Source: an uncultured Elusimicrobia bacterium
GTDB taxonomy: Bacteria; Elusimicrobiota; Elusimicrobia; 2-01-FULL-59-12
Direction of reading: 5' to 3'
DNA length: 64,000 bases
NCBI GenBank assembly: GCA_964506645.1
Contig: CAZDML010000001.1
Span: forward strand, 12,072-76,071
Each line of letters begins with the position of its first letter. Position 1 is the stretch's first letter. The notes beneath the pieces are model-generated. The model saw only the letters and a list, made by a program, of their open reading frames with translations. It was not told the DNA's origin and did not search any database. Positions 1-9,467 of the stretch are shown in pieces. Both the position numbers and the translations under genes were made by a program.

Positions 1-567
1 GTTCCGCTCATCCATTTTGCCTATCGATTCATCGGTTCCCAAGTCGAAGCAGAGGATGTCGCACAAGACGTGTTCATGCGCATTTATCGATACAAAGATC
101 GTTATGACGCAAGGCGCCCGTTCCGCTCATGGATTTTTTCGATTACGGCACGTTTATCGGCGAACAGGGCACGCGACCGCAAGACTCACCGCGAATCATC
201 ATTAGATGGTGATGAAGATGATTTAAATGCCTCTCTTACGTTGGCTGAGCCGGCCCACAATCAGCCGGAGAAACTTTATCAATCTCAAGTTCAGGCGGCC
301 GAAATTCTCCGAGCTATTCAAGAATTACCGGAAAATCAACGAACCGCCGTTCTTCTTTGCCGCTTCGAGGAAATGTCTTATGACGAGATTTCCACGGTGA
401 TGGGAGCCTCAGTTCAGGCTGTAAAATCACTCATTTTTCGTGGCACACAAACCCTGTTCAAACGATTAGGAAAGTTAGGCCCGCAACTTTCATCAGATTC
501 TCGTGTATTGGCAAGTGAAGGCGGCGCAGAAGCCGCTTCAAGTCAACCAAAGGAGCCAATGCCATGA
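1..567 (+). CDS. ECF-family RNA polymerase sigma factor, 5' end cut by window edge
   Basis: Frame 1 is open from base 1: ...LIHFAYRFIGSQVEAEDVAQDVFMRIYRY (sigma region 2) and NQRTAVLLCRFEEMSYDEISTVMGASVQAVKSLIFRG (region 4 HTH). The TGA stop overlaps the next ATG (ATGA). Confidence 0.8.
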   Translation, partial: VPLIHFAYRFIGSQVEAEDVAQDVFMRIYRYKDRYDARRPFRSWIFSITARLSANRARDRKTHRESSLDGDEDDLNASLTLAEPAHNQPEKLYQSQVQAAEILRAIQELPENQRTAVLLCRFEEMSYDEISTVMGASVQAVKSLIFRGTQTLFKRLGKLGPQLSSDSRVLASEGGAEAASSQPKEPMP

Positions 568-902
568 AACGTACCACAGCCTTAATCGTAGGAACATTGA
601 TAGCAGGGGTCGGGCTAATCACACCCACCGGATATGCACGCGCCGATATGGACCATAAACAAATGCAGGGAATGAGCAATGAGTATTGCACCAAACATTG
701 CCGCGCGATGGATATTCGCAAACAGCTCGATGCGCTGAAAACCGAAATCGAAGCGGACAAGAAAGCCGGTAAGTTTACAGGCGGAAAAGTGATTGAGACG
801 CAAAATAGAGCCAAGGCCTTGCGCGAGCATCTGGCAAAGCATGAGAAGGAATTCACCGACCTCGAAGCAGAGCTCGGTCGAGTGGAAGCTGACTTGAAAT
901 AG
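564..902 (+). CDS. small exported coiled-coil protein (hypothetical)
   Basis: N-terminal signal peptide MKRTTALIVGTLIAGVGLITPTGYA. K/E-rich coiled-coil C-terminus. Translationally coupled to the sigma gene (ATGA overlap). Confidence 0.5.
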   Translation: MKRTTALIVGTLIAGVGLITPTGYARADMDHKQMQGMSNEYCTKHCRAMDIRKQLDALKTEIEADKKAGKFTGGKVIETQNRAKALREHLAKHEKEFTDLEAELGRVEADLK

Positions 903-980
903 TCGGTCAGGGAATTTCGGCGGCGGGTGTACGGCACCTCCTTTTCACCCGCCGCCCCCCGATTTTGAAGGACAGCGATA

Positions 981-1430
981 ATGAAAATGAACTGCAATGA
1001 CATCCGATCAGAATTGCCCGGTTATCGGAACCTCAGAAGCGAGGATCCGAAACGCACCGCTGTGCAGTCACATTTGGATGGGTGTGAAGCGTGCCGCACG
1101 GAAGCGGCACGCTTAAGGACTTTGTGGAATACTTTGGGCGCAGATCTCGGAATCACTCCTTCGGCGGACTTCCGGGCCCGGTTTTGGGTAAGGGTTCGTC
1201 AGGAAGATGAAAAAGAAAGCCCGATCTTTGGATGGTTGACGTGGAAACGCTGGACGGCTGTCACCGCAGGGGCATTGGCTGCCTGGACCATCGGGGTTTC
1301 CGGGCCTGCTCTTTGGGCCCTAAAGGATCGCGAGACTCGATTAACGCATCCCGCGGTAACGATGATCAGTTCGCCGTTTGCTTCACAGTCGCTTGCGGAT
1401 ATTTACTTCAAAGGACCTGCTCATGAATAA
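981..1430 (+). CDS. zinc-finger anti-sigma factor (ZAS/RskA-like), one TM helix
   Basis: HLDGCEACRTEAARL matches the HxxxCxxC anti-sigma zinc motif. Central TM segment WTAVTAGALAAWTIGV. Sits directly after an ECF sigma gene. Confidence 0.7.
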   Translation: MKMNCNDIRSELPGYRNLRSEDPKRTAVQSHLDGCEACRTEAARLRTLWNTLGADLGITPSADFRARFWVRVRQEDEKESPIFGWLTWKRWTAVTAGALAAWTIGVSGPALWALKDRETRLTHPAVTMISSPFASQSLADIYFKGPAHE

Positions 1431-1941
1431 ACGTCGTTGGATATTCCTGATTTCATTCGTTGCCATTTTTGCGTTGGGGGCGGCCACTTCGTTTTTATTT
1501 GTCAGAGAATGTGCGATGAAGCCTACTGCATCAAAGGATGATCTTGGTACTTTCCATTCTTGGGCACACGCGATTGGGTTAACAAAGGATCAAGAAATCA
1601 AAATCGAGCCGCTCGAGAAATCGCTTAAACAAGATGTCGCTGCTATTCAAAAACGTCTCTCGGAAGAACGCATGTCTCTTTGTCGTTTCATGCACGAGGT
1701 GCCCATCGATCGGGCCCGCCTCGACCGACAGTTGGAGACTATTTGTGAATTGGAAAAAGAACAGCAAAAACGGGTTGTCAATCATCTTCTGACGATGAAA
1801 ACGGTCCTGACGCCGGAGCAAAATGACCGCTTTTACCAACAGATGATGACTCAGCTCTGCCCTCACTGCCGGGGACAGGGCGGTAAAGATCACAAAAACT
1901 GCGAATGGTGCTCCACAAAACACGGAGCCATCAAGAAATAG
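1423..1941 (+). CDS. periplasmic LTXXQ-motif protein (Spy/CpxP/ZraP-CnrX-like heavy-metal sensor/chaperone family)
   Basis: Start ATG at 1423 (MNKRRWIFLISFVAIFALGAA signal/anchor) overlaps the previous stop. Two LTxxQ motifs (LTKDQEIK, LTPEQNDRF). C-terminal CPHCRGQGGKDHKNCEWC cysteine cluster. Confidence 0.65.
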   Translation: MNKRRWIFLISFVAIFALGAATSFLFVRECAMKPTASKDDLGTFHSWAHAIGLTKDQEIKIEPLEKSLKQDVAAIQKRLSEERMSLCRFMHEVPIDRARLDRQLETICELEKEQQKRVVNHLLTMKTVLTPEQNDRFYQQMMTQLCPHCRGQGGKDHKNCEWCSTKHGAIKK

Positions 1942-1996
1942 TTATCGTCTCCCGCAACTTTTTAAGGGCAGCCGTGTATAGGCTTTTATTGGAGGA

Positions 1997-2500
1997 TTGA
2001 AAATGATTGAAATGAAACGTTATGGATTGTTATTGCCTGTCGCTTTAATTGCTTTGTCTGCCGGCTTACCCAGCGTTGCCGGCGCCCACGAAGCGAAATG
2101 CCCTTTTTGTGAATTGGATGTTGTCCAAAATACGCCTGATCAAGATAACGAAGTGGCGCTCCGCTATGGTCGTAAGAGAATTGAGTACCGGTGCGTCATG
2201 TGCGCCATCGCCGATGCCAAAACCTATGAGGGCAATATCACGATCTTGGCCCCCACTGAAATCAAAGGCAAACCTGCGCTCATCCATCGTGAAAACGGGT
2301 CCTGGCGTTCGGAACCGGACAACTTGGTCTTTATCGGCGAACGGGTGAAACATCGTCACTGTCAGATCGGCTATCGGGCATTTACGAGTCAGCCGGCAAT
2401 GGAATCGCATGTCAAAAAGAATAAGGTCATCCTAAAAGAAGGCAAAGCAATTACCCTCCCCGAGATGGTTAAGCTGGCCGAAAGTTACGCCAAGGAATAG
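1997..2500 (+). CDS. exported Cys/His-containing protein, hypothetical metal-binding
   Basis: Signal peptide MKRYGLLLPVALIALSAGLPSVAGA. CPFC...YRCVMC...KHRHC pattern. Homologous to the C-terminal ~130 aa of the next gene. Confidence 0.55.
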   Translation: MKMIEMKRYGLLLPVALIALSAGLPSVAGAHEAKCPFCELDVVQNTPDQDNEVALRYGRKRIEYRCVMCAIADAKTYEGNITILAPTEIKGKPALIHRENGSWRSEPDNLVFIGERVKHRHCQIGYRAFTSQPAMESHVKKNKVILKEGKAITLPEMVKLAESYAKE

Positions 2501-2502
2501 AT

Positions 2503-4071
2503 ATGAAGCGGGTGGGCCGACTTGGGATGGCGTGCGCCATCGTTGTTTTATCGCTAGGGACGTTGCCTGCTGAGGAAAAAATGACTCACATGCCGCCGGG
2601 CTCCGGGGTTAGCCGAACTCTGCCGCCATTACCCGAGAATCTTCCCGCATGGCTGACCAATCGCCGAAAAAATCACATCTTTTATAAGCAGGGCCGCTAC
2701 AACTTCGATATCTACAACATCCCTCGATTGGCCTACGACTTGAACGCCGTCGCGGTAGGCCATGCGATGGCCTACGAAGATCTGGTCACAGGGAAAGCTG
2801 CTACGCTCGACACTCGAACCTTTGATCGCATCAACTGGGTGCTGAAACATCCTCCGAAACTCATGCCCGATGAGGCGGCCATTTCGCCCACGTTTGGTCG
2901 CCTCTATGGGGTCTTGGAACAAGTCTTTGATTGGACGCACGTCCTTCATGCTCAAACTGTGGATGTCTTAGCCAGTACCCAGCTTACTCCCGAAGAAAAA
3001 GACCGAGAGATCGAAGCGTTGTGGACGTACTACGTGGAAAACGTACCGTATGCCGTCACGGGGCTGCCTATGAATATGGCTTTCCTGGATGGGCAGCCCT
3101 ACAGCATGGCGTTCCGCAAAAAATACCCCAAGGTGAATGGCCTCTTCTGGGGGTATCACTGGCTCCAGGGAGCCATGTACGACATGCTTTATGGCGCAAG
3201 CCGAGCGCAGCAGGAAAACGCTTATGAGGTGATGGGTGAACGCTATCACAGCATTGAGCTTTATCGAACAAATCGGCCCTTCATGCCCATGTTCGCTGAA
3301 ACAAGCCCCCAGTTTTCCCTGAAATATCCCCAACTCGCCAACGCCTTCGATAATCTGCACATGCTCCACGACATGGTCAACGACATTTTGGCATCGGATT
3401 GGATTTCAAATGATGATAAAGAGCGGCAAATCCGTCGCGCCATCTGGATCGTATCCGCTGAAGCCCACAAGGGCGAGAAACCGGGAGATGTGAAGGAAGA
3501 AAACGGCATGCACGATCATCGCTTTATGGCCGGGATGCCGGGCATGGGGCTCATGAAGCACGGAAATGAGGAAGTGATGTGGATGGACGGCATGGGGTGG
3601 ATGAGCATGGCCGATTGCCACCACTGCTCGATGGAGCTTCCTCAAGGGAAAGACGCTTGGAAAGCACCGACGGTCAGCGCGGACGGTTGGACAATGCGAG
3701 TTCGATGCCCTCTGTGTGCCAGAGATATGTCGGCTGAGACAAAAGGTCGGTCGATCCTTCATATCCCGACCGAAGATCCGCATAAGACTCTTTTGATCAT
3801 TTCCGACAAAGCGGGCAATCTGAAAACGGATAACGCGGCGGCCGTGTTTATTGAACAGGAAGGATCGCACCGCAAATGTCACCGCTGGTCGCAGGCGTTT
3901 AGTTCACGGGCAGTTTTTGATCGGTATGTGGCCGACCATCCCGAATTCAAAAACTGGAAAATCCTTTCATTCTCAGAATGGGCGGAGCAACACGGCAAGA
4001 AGCCCGACACCTACATAAAGCCGGTAGGTCCTCATGGGGTGGACAATCCTTATCAGATGGAGGCGATGTGA
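2503..4071 (+). CDS. exported protein with Met-rich segment and C-terminal CPxC/HRxC domain (hypothetical, Cu-binding candidate)
   Basis: Signal/lipobox-like N-terminus. MHDHRFMAGMPGMGLMKHGNEEVMWMDGMGWMSMADCHHC Met/His-rich stretch. C-terminal RCPLCARD...FIEQEGSHRKCHRW aligns with ORF 1997-2500. Confidence 0.6.
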   Translation: MKRVGRLGMACAIVVLSLGTLPAEEKMTHMPPGSGVSRTLPPLPENLPAWLTNRRKNHIFYKQGRYNFDIYNIPRLAYDLNAVAVGHAMAYEDLVTGKAATLDTRTFDRINWVLKHPPKLMPDEAAISPTFGRLYGVLEQVFDWTHVLHAQTVDVLASTQLTPEEKDREIEALWTYYVENVPYAVTGLPMNMAFLDGQPYSMAFRKKYPKVNGLFWGYHWLQGAMYDMLYGASRAQQENAYEVMGERYHSIELYRTNRPFMPMFAETSPQFSLKYPQLANAFDNLHMLHDMVNDILASDWISNDDKERQIRRAIWIVSAEAHKGEKPGDVKEENGMHDHRFMAGMPGMGLMKHGNEEVMWMDGMGWMSMADCHHCSMELPQGKDAWKAPTVSADGWTMRVRCPLCARDMSAETKGRSILHIPTEDPHKTLLIISDKAGNLKTDNAAAVFIEQEGSHRKCHRWSQAFSSRAVFDRYVADHPEFKNWKILSFSEWAEQHGKKPDTYIKPVGPHGVDNPYQMEAM

Positions 4072-4859
4072 TACAGCGCCTCAGCCGCTACTTTCTCGTT
4101 GCGTTTCTCGGCTTGGCAGTTCAGGCTGCTCATGCGGTTGATCACAACAATATCGATGCAGGGCGTCCCTTGAATTTTGATGATGCAGAAGCGATTGCTT
4201 ATCAGGAGCGTGCCGTAGAGTTCGGAGGGAAGTTCATTTCGCCTCATGAAAAATCGCCCGGAGCCGAAGGTGCACTCGAATTCCTGTACGGTTTTGCCAA
4301 AGATTCTCATGCCAGTCTCGATTTGGATCCTTCTTGGGGATCAAGAGCCGGCTCAGAAGAACGGCGTTTCGATGTCGGAAACGTTGCTGTCGGGCTCTTT
4401 CACAATTTCAATCGTGAAGTGCTGAATCTTCCTGCTTTTTCATTGCGTGGGGATGTATTTCTTCCAACGGGAAGAGATTCTTCGGGAACGGATGTGCGTC
4501 TGCGCGGAATTATGAGCAAAACGGTTCAACAGTATTCCAGGCTGCACCTCAACGTCGACAGTACCTTCGTGTCTGATCCGGATCCCGGAGAACGCAACGT
4601 CATTCCGGCATTGACTCTGGGGTGGTCCCGTCCTATCGGATATCCACGCGTTTTTACGAGAACGCTCGTGGCGGAAGCCGGTGTGCGCAGCGCCGAATCA
4701 AATGGGACGGGTCCGGTCGCTACCTTAGGCCTTGGTGTGCGTCAACAGATCACCGTTCGGTCTGTTCTGGATTTTGGTGTTCGCTCAGATGTCATTGGCG
4801 GCCGCTCAGCGCCGCGCAACGACGTTGAGGTGATCGCAGGATATTCCATCGGTTTTTGA
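4068..4859 (+). CDS. outer-membrane beta-barrel-like protein (hypothetical)
   Basis: GTG start at 4068 (GTGA overlap with upstream stop) gives the signal peptide MIQRLSRYFLVAFLGLAVQAAHA. Alternating amphipathic strands. C-terminal ...GYSIGF ends in Phe. Confidence 0.5.
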   Translation: MIQRLSRYFLVAFLGLAVQAAHAVDHNNIDAGRPLNFDDAEAIAYQERAVEFGGKFISPHEKSPGAEGALEFLYGFAKDSHASLDLDPSWGSRAGSEERRFDVGNVAVGLFHNFNREVLNLPAFSLRGDVFLPTGRDSSGTDVRLRGIMSKTVQQYSRLHLNVDSTFVSDPDPGERNVIPALTLGWSRPIGYPRVFTRTLVAEAGVRSAESNGTGPVATLGLGVRQQITVRSVLDFGVRSDVIGGRSAPRNDVEVIAGYSIGF

Positions 4860-4884
4860 ATATGGGCAAAAGGAGATTCTCTAA

Positions 4885-5937
4885 ATGAAACGGTTCGCAT
4901 TAATTCTGGTGATGTCTTTGAGTCTTTGGAGTACGGTGTGGGCTCATGGGGTTAAAGATCCGGTGTGTCGGATGGAGGTCGATACACATGCAACGGCGTA
5001 TGAGGGAGAGTTTCAGGGGCAGACGTATTATTTCTGCTCCTCAGCCTGTCAAAAGCGGTTCGAAACAACGCCTCAACAGTACGTGAAAACACTGGCTGAT
5101 TTATCGAAGAGCCCGAAAGCGTACGAAGTTCAAATCAAAACATCTAAAGAGCCTCTGGCTGGAAAGCCGGCCTCAATGACATTTACGGTGGTTTCGGGTA
5201 CTGAAAAAGCGCCGGTGAAAACATTCGAAGTGGTTCACGAACAACTCATGCACCTGGTTATGGTCAGTGAGGATCTGAACTGGTTTACTCATGAACACCC
5301 AACGCCAAAACCCGATGGAACGTTCGATTTCAGTGGGACTTTTCCTAATGGTGGGCGCTACTATTTATATACCGACTTCACCCCGGCCGACGGGGATAAC
5401 CAACTGATTCAATCTATATTGGACGTAAGCGGCAAGAGGAAACAAAAAGTTGATCTTGTCTCTGACTCTTCCTTTGAAAGGGCTGTTGACGGATATCGAG
5501 TCAATCTGGCTGTAGACCCGACGCCGCTTCAAGTTGAGAAAGCAGCAACGCTGACGTACTCGATTCGTGATTCGAAAGGAAACCCCATAACGGATATGGA
5601 ACCTTATCTCGGGGCGATGGGCCACCTGTTTGCCGTTCACCAAGGAGGCGCCGAAGTTGTTCATACGCATGCAACCTCGAAAACCTCATCTGAGGAGCAC
5701 GACCACTCCACGCATACGTCTGCACAAGTGAAAGAGCGAACCGGGCCCGATTTTTCATTCAAGCTCACCTTGCCGAAAGAGGGGCTCTATAAAATCTGGG
5801 CGCAATTCAGTCGTCAAGGCAAAACCCTGACCGTGCCTTTTGTTCTGGAAGCAAAACCTCTTTGGGAAAAAGCGTCTGCCAAAACAGGGTGCAACTGTGG
5901 ATGTAAGGACTGTCAGAAAAAGCATGCCGAAAATTGA
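4885..5937 (+). CDS. exported YHS/TRASH-domain protein
   Basis: Signal peptide, then VKDPVCRMEVDTHATAYEGEFQGQTYYFCSSACQKRFETTPQQY, a YHS (CxM...YYFCS..C) metal-binding domain. C-terminal CNCGCKDCQKKH. Confidence 0.65.
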   Translation: MKRFALILVMSLSLWSTVWAHGVKDPVCRMEVDTHATAYEGEFQGQTYYFCSSACQKRFETTPQQYVKTLADLSKSPKAYEVQIKTSKEPLAGKPASMTFTVVSGTEKAPVKTFEVVHEQLMHLVMVSEDLNWFTHEHPTPKPDGTFDFSGTFPNGGRYYLYTDFTPADGDNQLIQSILDVSGKRKQKVDLVSDSSFERAVDGYRVNLAVDPTPLQVEKAATLTYSIRDSKGNPITDMEPYLGAMGHLFAVHQGGAEVVHTHATSKTSSEEHDHSTHTSAQVKERTGPDFSFKLTLPKEGLYKIWAQFSRQGKTLTVPFVLEAKPLWEKASAKTGCNCGCKDCQKKHAEN

Positions 5938-6370
5938 CCTGATCGAAATCCACATGGCCTCAGCCCATTTTCCCATCGGGCTTCTTATGTCCAGCGCGCT
6001 TTTTGACGTGTTGGGCAGGTGGCTCAAGAAACCCGAGTTACGAATTACATCCTATTGGATTCATCTATTCGGCGTCGCCGCCGGTATGGGGACGTTGCTT
6101 TTGGGACTCATCGGAAATCCGTTCTTAGAGGATACGGGGTGGATTCCGCTCTTCTGGAAAGATTATGGGAATCCCATGACAGACAAGATGGCTCGCCATG
6201 CCTGGACAGGCCTCTTGAGTCTCTTAATCTTCGCTTTGTCGGCTTTATGGAGAGTACGAAAGCATGATGAGTTCACGAACGGACAAGCCGTTGTCTATTG
6301 GGCTGTGACATTTGTCTCCGTCGGACTCCTTGGACTTGCGGGATATCTGGGCGCCCATGTGATGGATTAA
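5924..6370 (+). CDS. small integral membrane protein (4 TM, DUF2231-like), hypothetical
   Basis: Start MPKIDLIEIHMASAHFPIGLL. Four hydrophobic helices. Overlaps the upstream gene by 14 nt. Confidence 0.5.
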   Translation: MPKIDLIEIHMASAHFPIGLLMSSALFDVLGRWLKKPELRITSYWIHLFGVAAGMGTLLLGLIGNPFLEDTGWIPLFWKDYGNPMTDKMARHAWTGLLSLLIFALSALWRVRKHDEFTNGQAVVYWAVTFVSVGLLGLAGYLGAHVMD

Positions 6371-6942
6371 TGCCAAAGAATAATCTGCCCCTAAAGCCCA
6401 TAGATGATCGTGTCGCTAAAGTCTTGCTGAAAAGCCGGGATCGGTTCGAGCGGTTTCTCACTCAACGCCTGAGAGACCCGGAGATCGCTCGGGATCTGCT
6501 CCAGGAAAGCCTGGTCCGCGCGATCACGAAGTCCCGGGGTCTACGGGATTCCGACCGCCTTGTCCCTTGGTTTTTCCAGATCCTCCGAAATGCCTTGATC
6601 GACTATTACCGAAATCACGCCGCACGAGTACGACGCGATGAAGCCTTTCTTCGCAGCCTGGAGGAGACTGAAACTCGGAAGGCAGCCGGTCGTCGAATGC
6701 AAGAAGCAGTTTGTTCCTGTATGTCCGGACTGTTGCCCTCCTTGAAACCCGAGTATGGAGATCTCATCCAGAAGGTGGATCTCGAAGAACGTTCTGTAAC
6801 CGAAGTGGCCAGGGCGATGGATCTTAAGCCCAACAACGTGATGGTGAAACTTCACCGAGCGCGCCAAGCCCTCAAGAAAAGCCTTGAGCGTGCCTGTGGG
6901 TCCTGCGCGGAGCACGGTTGCCTGAATTGTTTCTGCCGCTAG
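6370..6942 (+). CDS. ECF sigma factor with C-terminal cysteine-rich extension (CorE-like metal-responsive ECF)
   Basis: Region 2 (FERFLTQRLRDPEIARDLLQESLVRA...WFFQILRNALIDYYR) and region 4 (ERSVTEVARAMDLKPNNVMVKLHRARQAL). CSC in the linker (AVCSCMSG) and the tail CGSCAEHGCLNCFCR. Confidence 0.7.
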   Translation: MPKNNLPLKPIDDRVAKVLLKSRDRFERFLTQRLRDPEIARDLLQESLVRAITKSRGLRDSDRLVPWFFQILRNALIDYYRNHAARVRRDEAFLRSLEETETRKAAGRRMQEAVCSCMSGLLPSLKPEYGDLIQKVDLEERSVTEVARAMDLKPNNVMVKLHRARQALKKSLERACGSCAEHGCLNCFCR

Positions 6943-7017
6943 TGTAAGGTTTGATCGGTCTGCTTCGTCTCCTAGGGTGTAAGGGCGATGCCCTTCCGCT
7001 ATAAAAAGGAGATATTT

Positions 7018-9411
7018 ATGAGCGAATCGTGCTGCAGTGTCAAAGAAAAAGAGCAGTCTTGCTGCAAAGGAAACCAGTCTGTTATGGATCACTCGCATCA
7101 CACTTTAGTCAAGCCGACGGTCAAGGACCCGGTTTGTGGAATGGATGTCCACCCGGATGATGCTGGCGGCGGCAGCTATTCCTATAAGAACCAGACTTTT
7201 TACTTTTGCAGCCCGAGCTGCCGTGAGAAGTTCAAGAAGCACCCGGTAAAGTACGTTGCCGAGTCAAGGCCTTCGGCACCCGCAACCTCGGATGCCGCAA
7301 TCTATACCTGTCCCATGCATCCGGAGGTCCGCCGGCAGGGCCCCGGCTCCTGTCCGATCTGTGGGATGGCGCTTGAGCCGGTAATCGTTACGGCAGAAGA
7401 GCAGCCAAACCACGAGCTCATCGATATGACACGGCGCTTTTGGACAAGCGCGGCTTTGTCAGCTCCGTTGTTTGTAATGGCCATGGCTGAGATGTTTATG
7501 GGGCAGGGTTCCAGTCATTTTTTCTCCAGTACATGGGCGAGTTGGATTCAGGTTGCCTTGGCAACGCCGGTTGTGTTGTGGGGCGGCCGGCCGTTTTTTG
7601 TTCGCGGTTGGGCTTCCATCGTGAACCGCAGCCCGAACATGTTTACCTTGATTGCGTTGGGGACCGGAGCGGCCTACCTTTATAGTCTCATAGCCATCTT
7701 GTTTCCCGGGTTGTTTCCGGAATCATTTCGAGGGCATGGCGGTCGGATCGGGCTTTATTTTGAGGCTGCTGCCGTCATCACAACCCTGGTGTTATTGGGG
7801 CAGGTGCTCGAACTGCGCGCTCGGCAACAGACTTCTGGCGCGATCAAAGCGCTTCTCGGCTTATCTCCCAAGACGGCGCGTCGCGTAAACCCCGATGGGT
7901 CGGAAGAAGAAATTTCGTTAGAACAGGTTCACGTCGGTGATATCCTGAGAATCCGTCCCGGCGAAAAGATCCCGGTCGATGGCGTCGTAACAGAAGGTTC
8001 GAGCTCCGTTGATGAATCCATGATCAGCGGCGAGCCCATCCCCGTAGAGAAGAAGGCCGGGGACCGAGTGACGGGCGCAACGATGAATGGGACGGGCAGT
8101 CTCCTGATGCGAGCCGAACGCGTAGGTCAGGAAACGCTCCTGGCACAAATCGTCCAAATGGTCAGCCAGGCGCAGCGAAGCCGCGCGCCCATCCAGAGGC
8201 TCGTCGATGTTGTTTCTTCCTATTTTGTACTGGTTGTGCTCGCGGTGGCTGTTCTTACCTTCGTTGTCTGGGCTCTATGGGGTCCTGAGCCGAGGATGGC
8301 ACACGCCCTCGTTAATGCCGTGGCAGTCCTTATCATCGCCTGTCCTTGCGCTCTGGGCCTAGCCACTCCAATGTCGATCATGGTCGGTACCGGCAAGGGT
8401 GCCACCGCCGGTGTCTTGATCAAAAACGCCGAGGCGCTCGAGATCATGGCCAAGGTCGATACACTTGTGGTGGATAAGACCGGAACACTGACCGAGGGCA
8501 AGCCTCGCCTCACCACCATCGTTCCGCTCGAACCGTGGTCAGAAACCGATTTCTTGCGACTTGCGGCCAGCGTTGAACAAGCCAGTGAGCATCCGCTAGC
8601 CGCCGCGATTGTTCAAGGAGCACAGCAGAAAGAAATTGTTCTTTCCAAAGCGAGCCGTTTTGAATCGGTGACTGGAAAAGGAGTCCGAGGTGTCGTGGAA
8701 GGCAAGGTTGTGACCATGGGGAACGCCAAATTCGTCGGCGATTGGAGCGGCTCCGCTGAAACACTCCGGAATAAAGCTGAAGAATTCAGACGCGAAGGCC
8801 AAACGGTCATATTCGTAACAGTGGACGAAAAGCCGGCAGGAATTTTAGGCGTCTCTGATCCGATCAAGACAACGACGCCGGAAGCCATTCGGCAACTTCA
8901 CGCTGAAGGAATTCGCGTTGTCATGCTGACCGGCGACAATAAGACAACAGCCGAGGCGGTCGCAAAGAAGTTATCGATTGATGAGGTGGAGGCGGACGTC
9001 CTGCCCGATCAAAAAGGCGAAAAAGTGAAGAAGTTTCAAGCCGCCGGCCACATTGTGGCGATGGCGGGAGACGGCATCAACGACGCGCCGGCACTCGCAC
9101 AGGCGCAGGTAGGAATCGCCATGGGAACCGGGACAGACGTGGCCATGGAAAGCGCAGGCGTGACGCTCGTCAAAGGCGACCTTCGCGGCATCGCGAAGGC
9201 GCTACGTCTTAGCCGCGCCACCATGCGAAACATTCGGCAAAACCTGTTCTTCGCATTCATCTACAACGTCCTTGGCATTCCCATAGCGGCGGGTGTTCTC
9301 TACCCCTTCTTTGGCTTGCTTTTGAGTCCGATGATCGCCAGCGCCGCGATGAGTTTGAGTTCCGTTTCAGTGATTGCGAATGCTCTTCGACTTCGGAAAG
9401 TAGCGCTTTGA
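7018..9411 (+). CDS. copA: copper-translocating P1B-type ATPase with N-terminal YHS/TRASH metal-binding domain
   Basis: AAGGAG RBS 7 nt before ATG 7018. YHS ([10 protein letters not shown]...[12 protein letters not shown]), [27 protein letters not shown]...GIP..AG and M..SS Cu(I) signature motifs. Confidence 0.9.
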   Translation: MSESCCSVKEKEQSCCKGNQSVMDHSHHTLVKPTVKDPVCGMDVHPDDAGGGSYSYKNQTFYFCSPSCREKFKKHPVKYVAESRPSAPATSDAAIYTCPMHPEVRRQGPGSCPICGMALEPVIVTAEEQPNHELIDMTRRFWTSAALSAPLFVMAMAEMFMGQGSSHFFSSTWASWIQVALATPVVLWGGRPFFVRGWASIVNRSPNMFTLIALGTGAAYLYSLIAILFPGLFPESFRGHGGRIGLYFEAAAVITTLVLLGQVLELRARQQTSGAIKALLGLSPKTARRVNPDGSEEEISLEQVHVGDILRIRPGEKIPVDGVVTEGSSSVDESMISGEPIPVEKKAGDRVTGATMNGTGSLLMRAERVGQETLLAQIVQMVSQAQRSRAPIQRLVDVVSSYFVLVVLAVAVLTFVVWALWGPEPRMAHALVNAVAVLIIACPCALGLATPMSIMVGTGKGATAGVLIKNAEALEIMAKVDTLVVDKTGTLTEGKPRLTTIVPLEPWSETDFLRLAASVEQASEHPLAAAIVQGAQQKEIVLSKASRFESVTGKGVRGVVEGKVVTMGNAKFVGDWSGSAETLRNKAEEFRREGQTVIFVTVDEKPAGILGVSDPIKTTTPEAIRQLHAEGIRVVMLTGDNKTTAEAVAKKLSIDEVEADVLPDQKGEKVKKFQAAGHIVAMAGDGINDAPALAQAQVGIAMGTGTDVAMESAGVTLVKGDLRGIAKALRLSRATMRNIRQNLFFAFIYNVLGIPIAAGVLYPFFGLLLSPMIASAAMSLSSVSVIANALRLRKVAL

Positions 9412-9467
9412 CGCATGGAATCACAAAAACCTTGCAGTCACGGGGAAGCGGTGGTATAAAGGTGAAG

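Noticed and set aside
458-1003. 181-aa minus-strand ORF
   Set aside because: Lies antisense across three well-supported plus-strand genes (the ECF sigma end, the small exported protein, the anti-sigma start). No motifs. Typical shadow ORF in GC-rich DNA.
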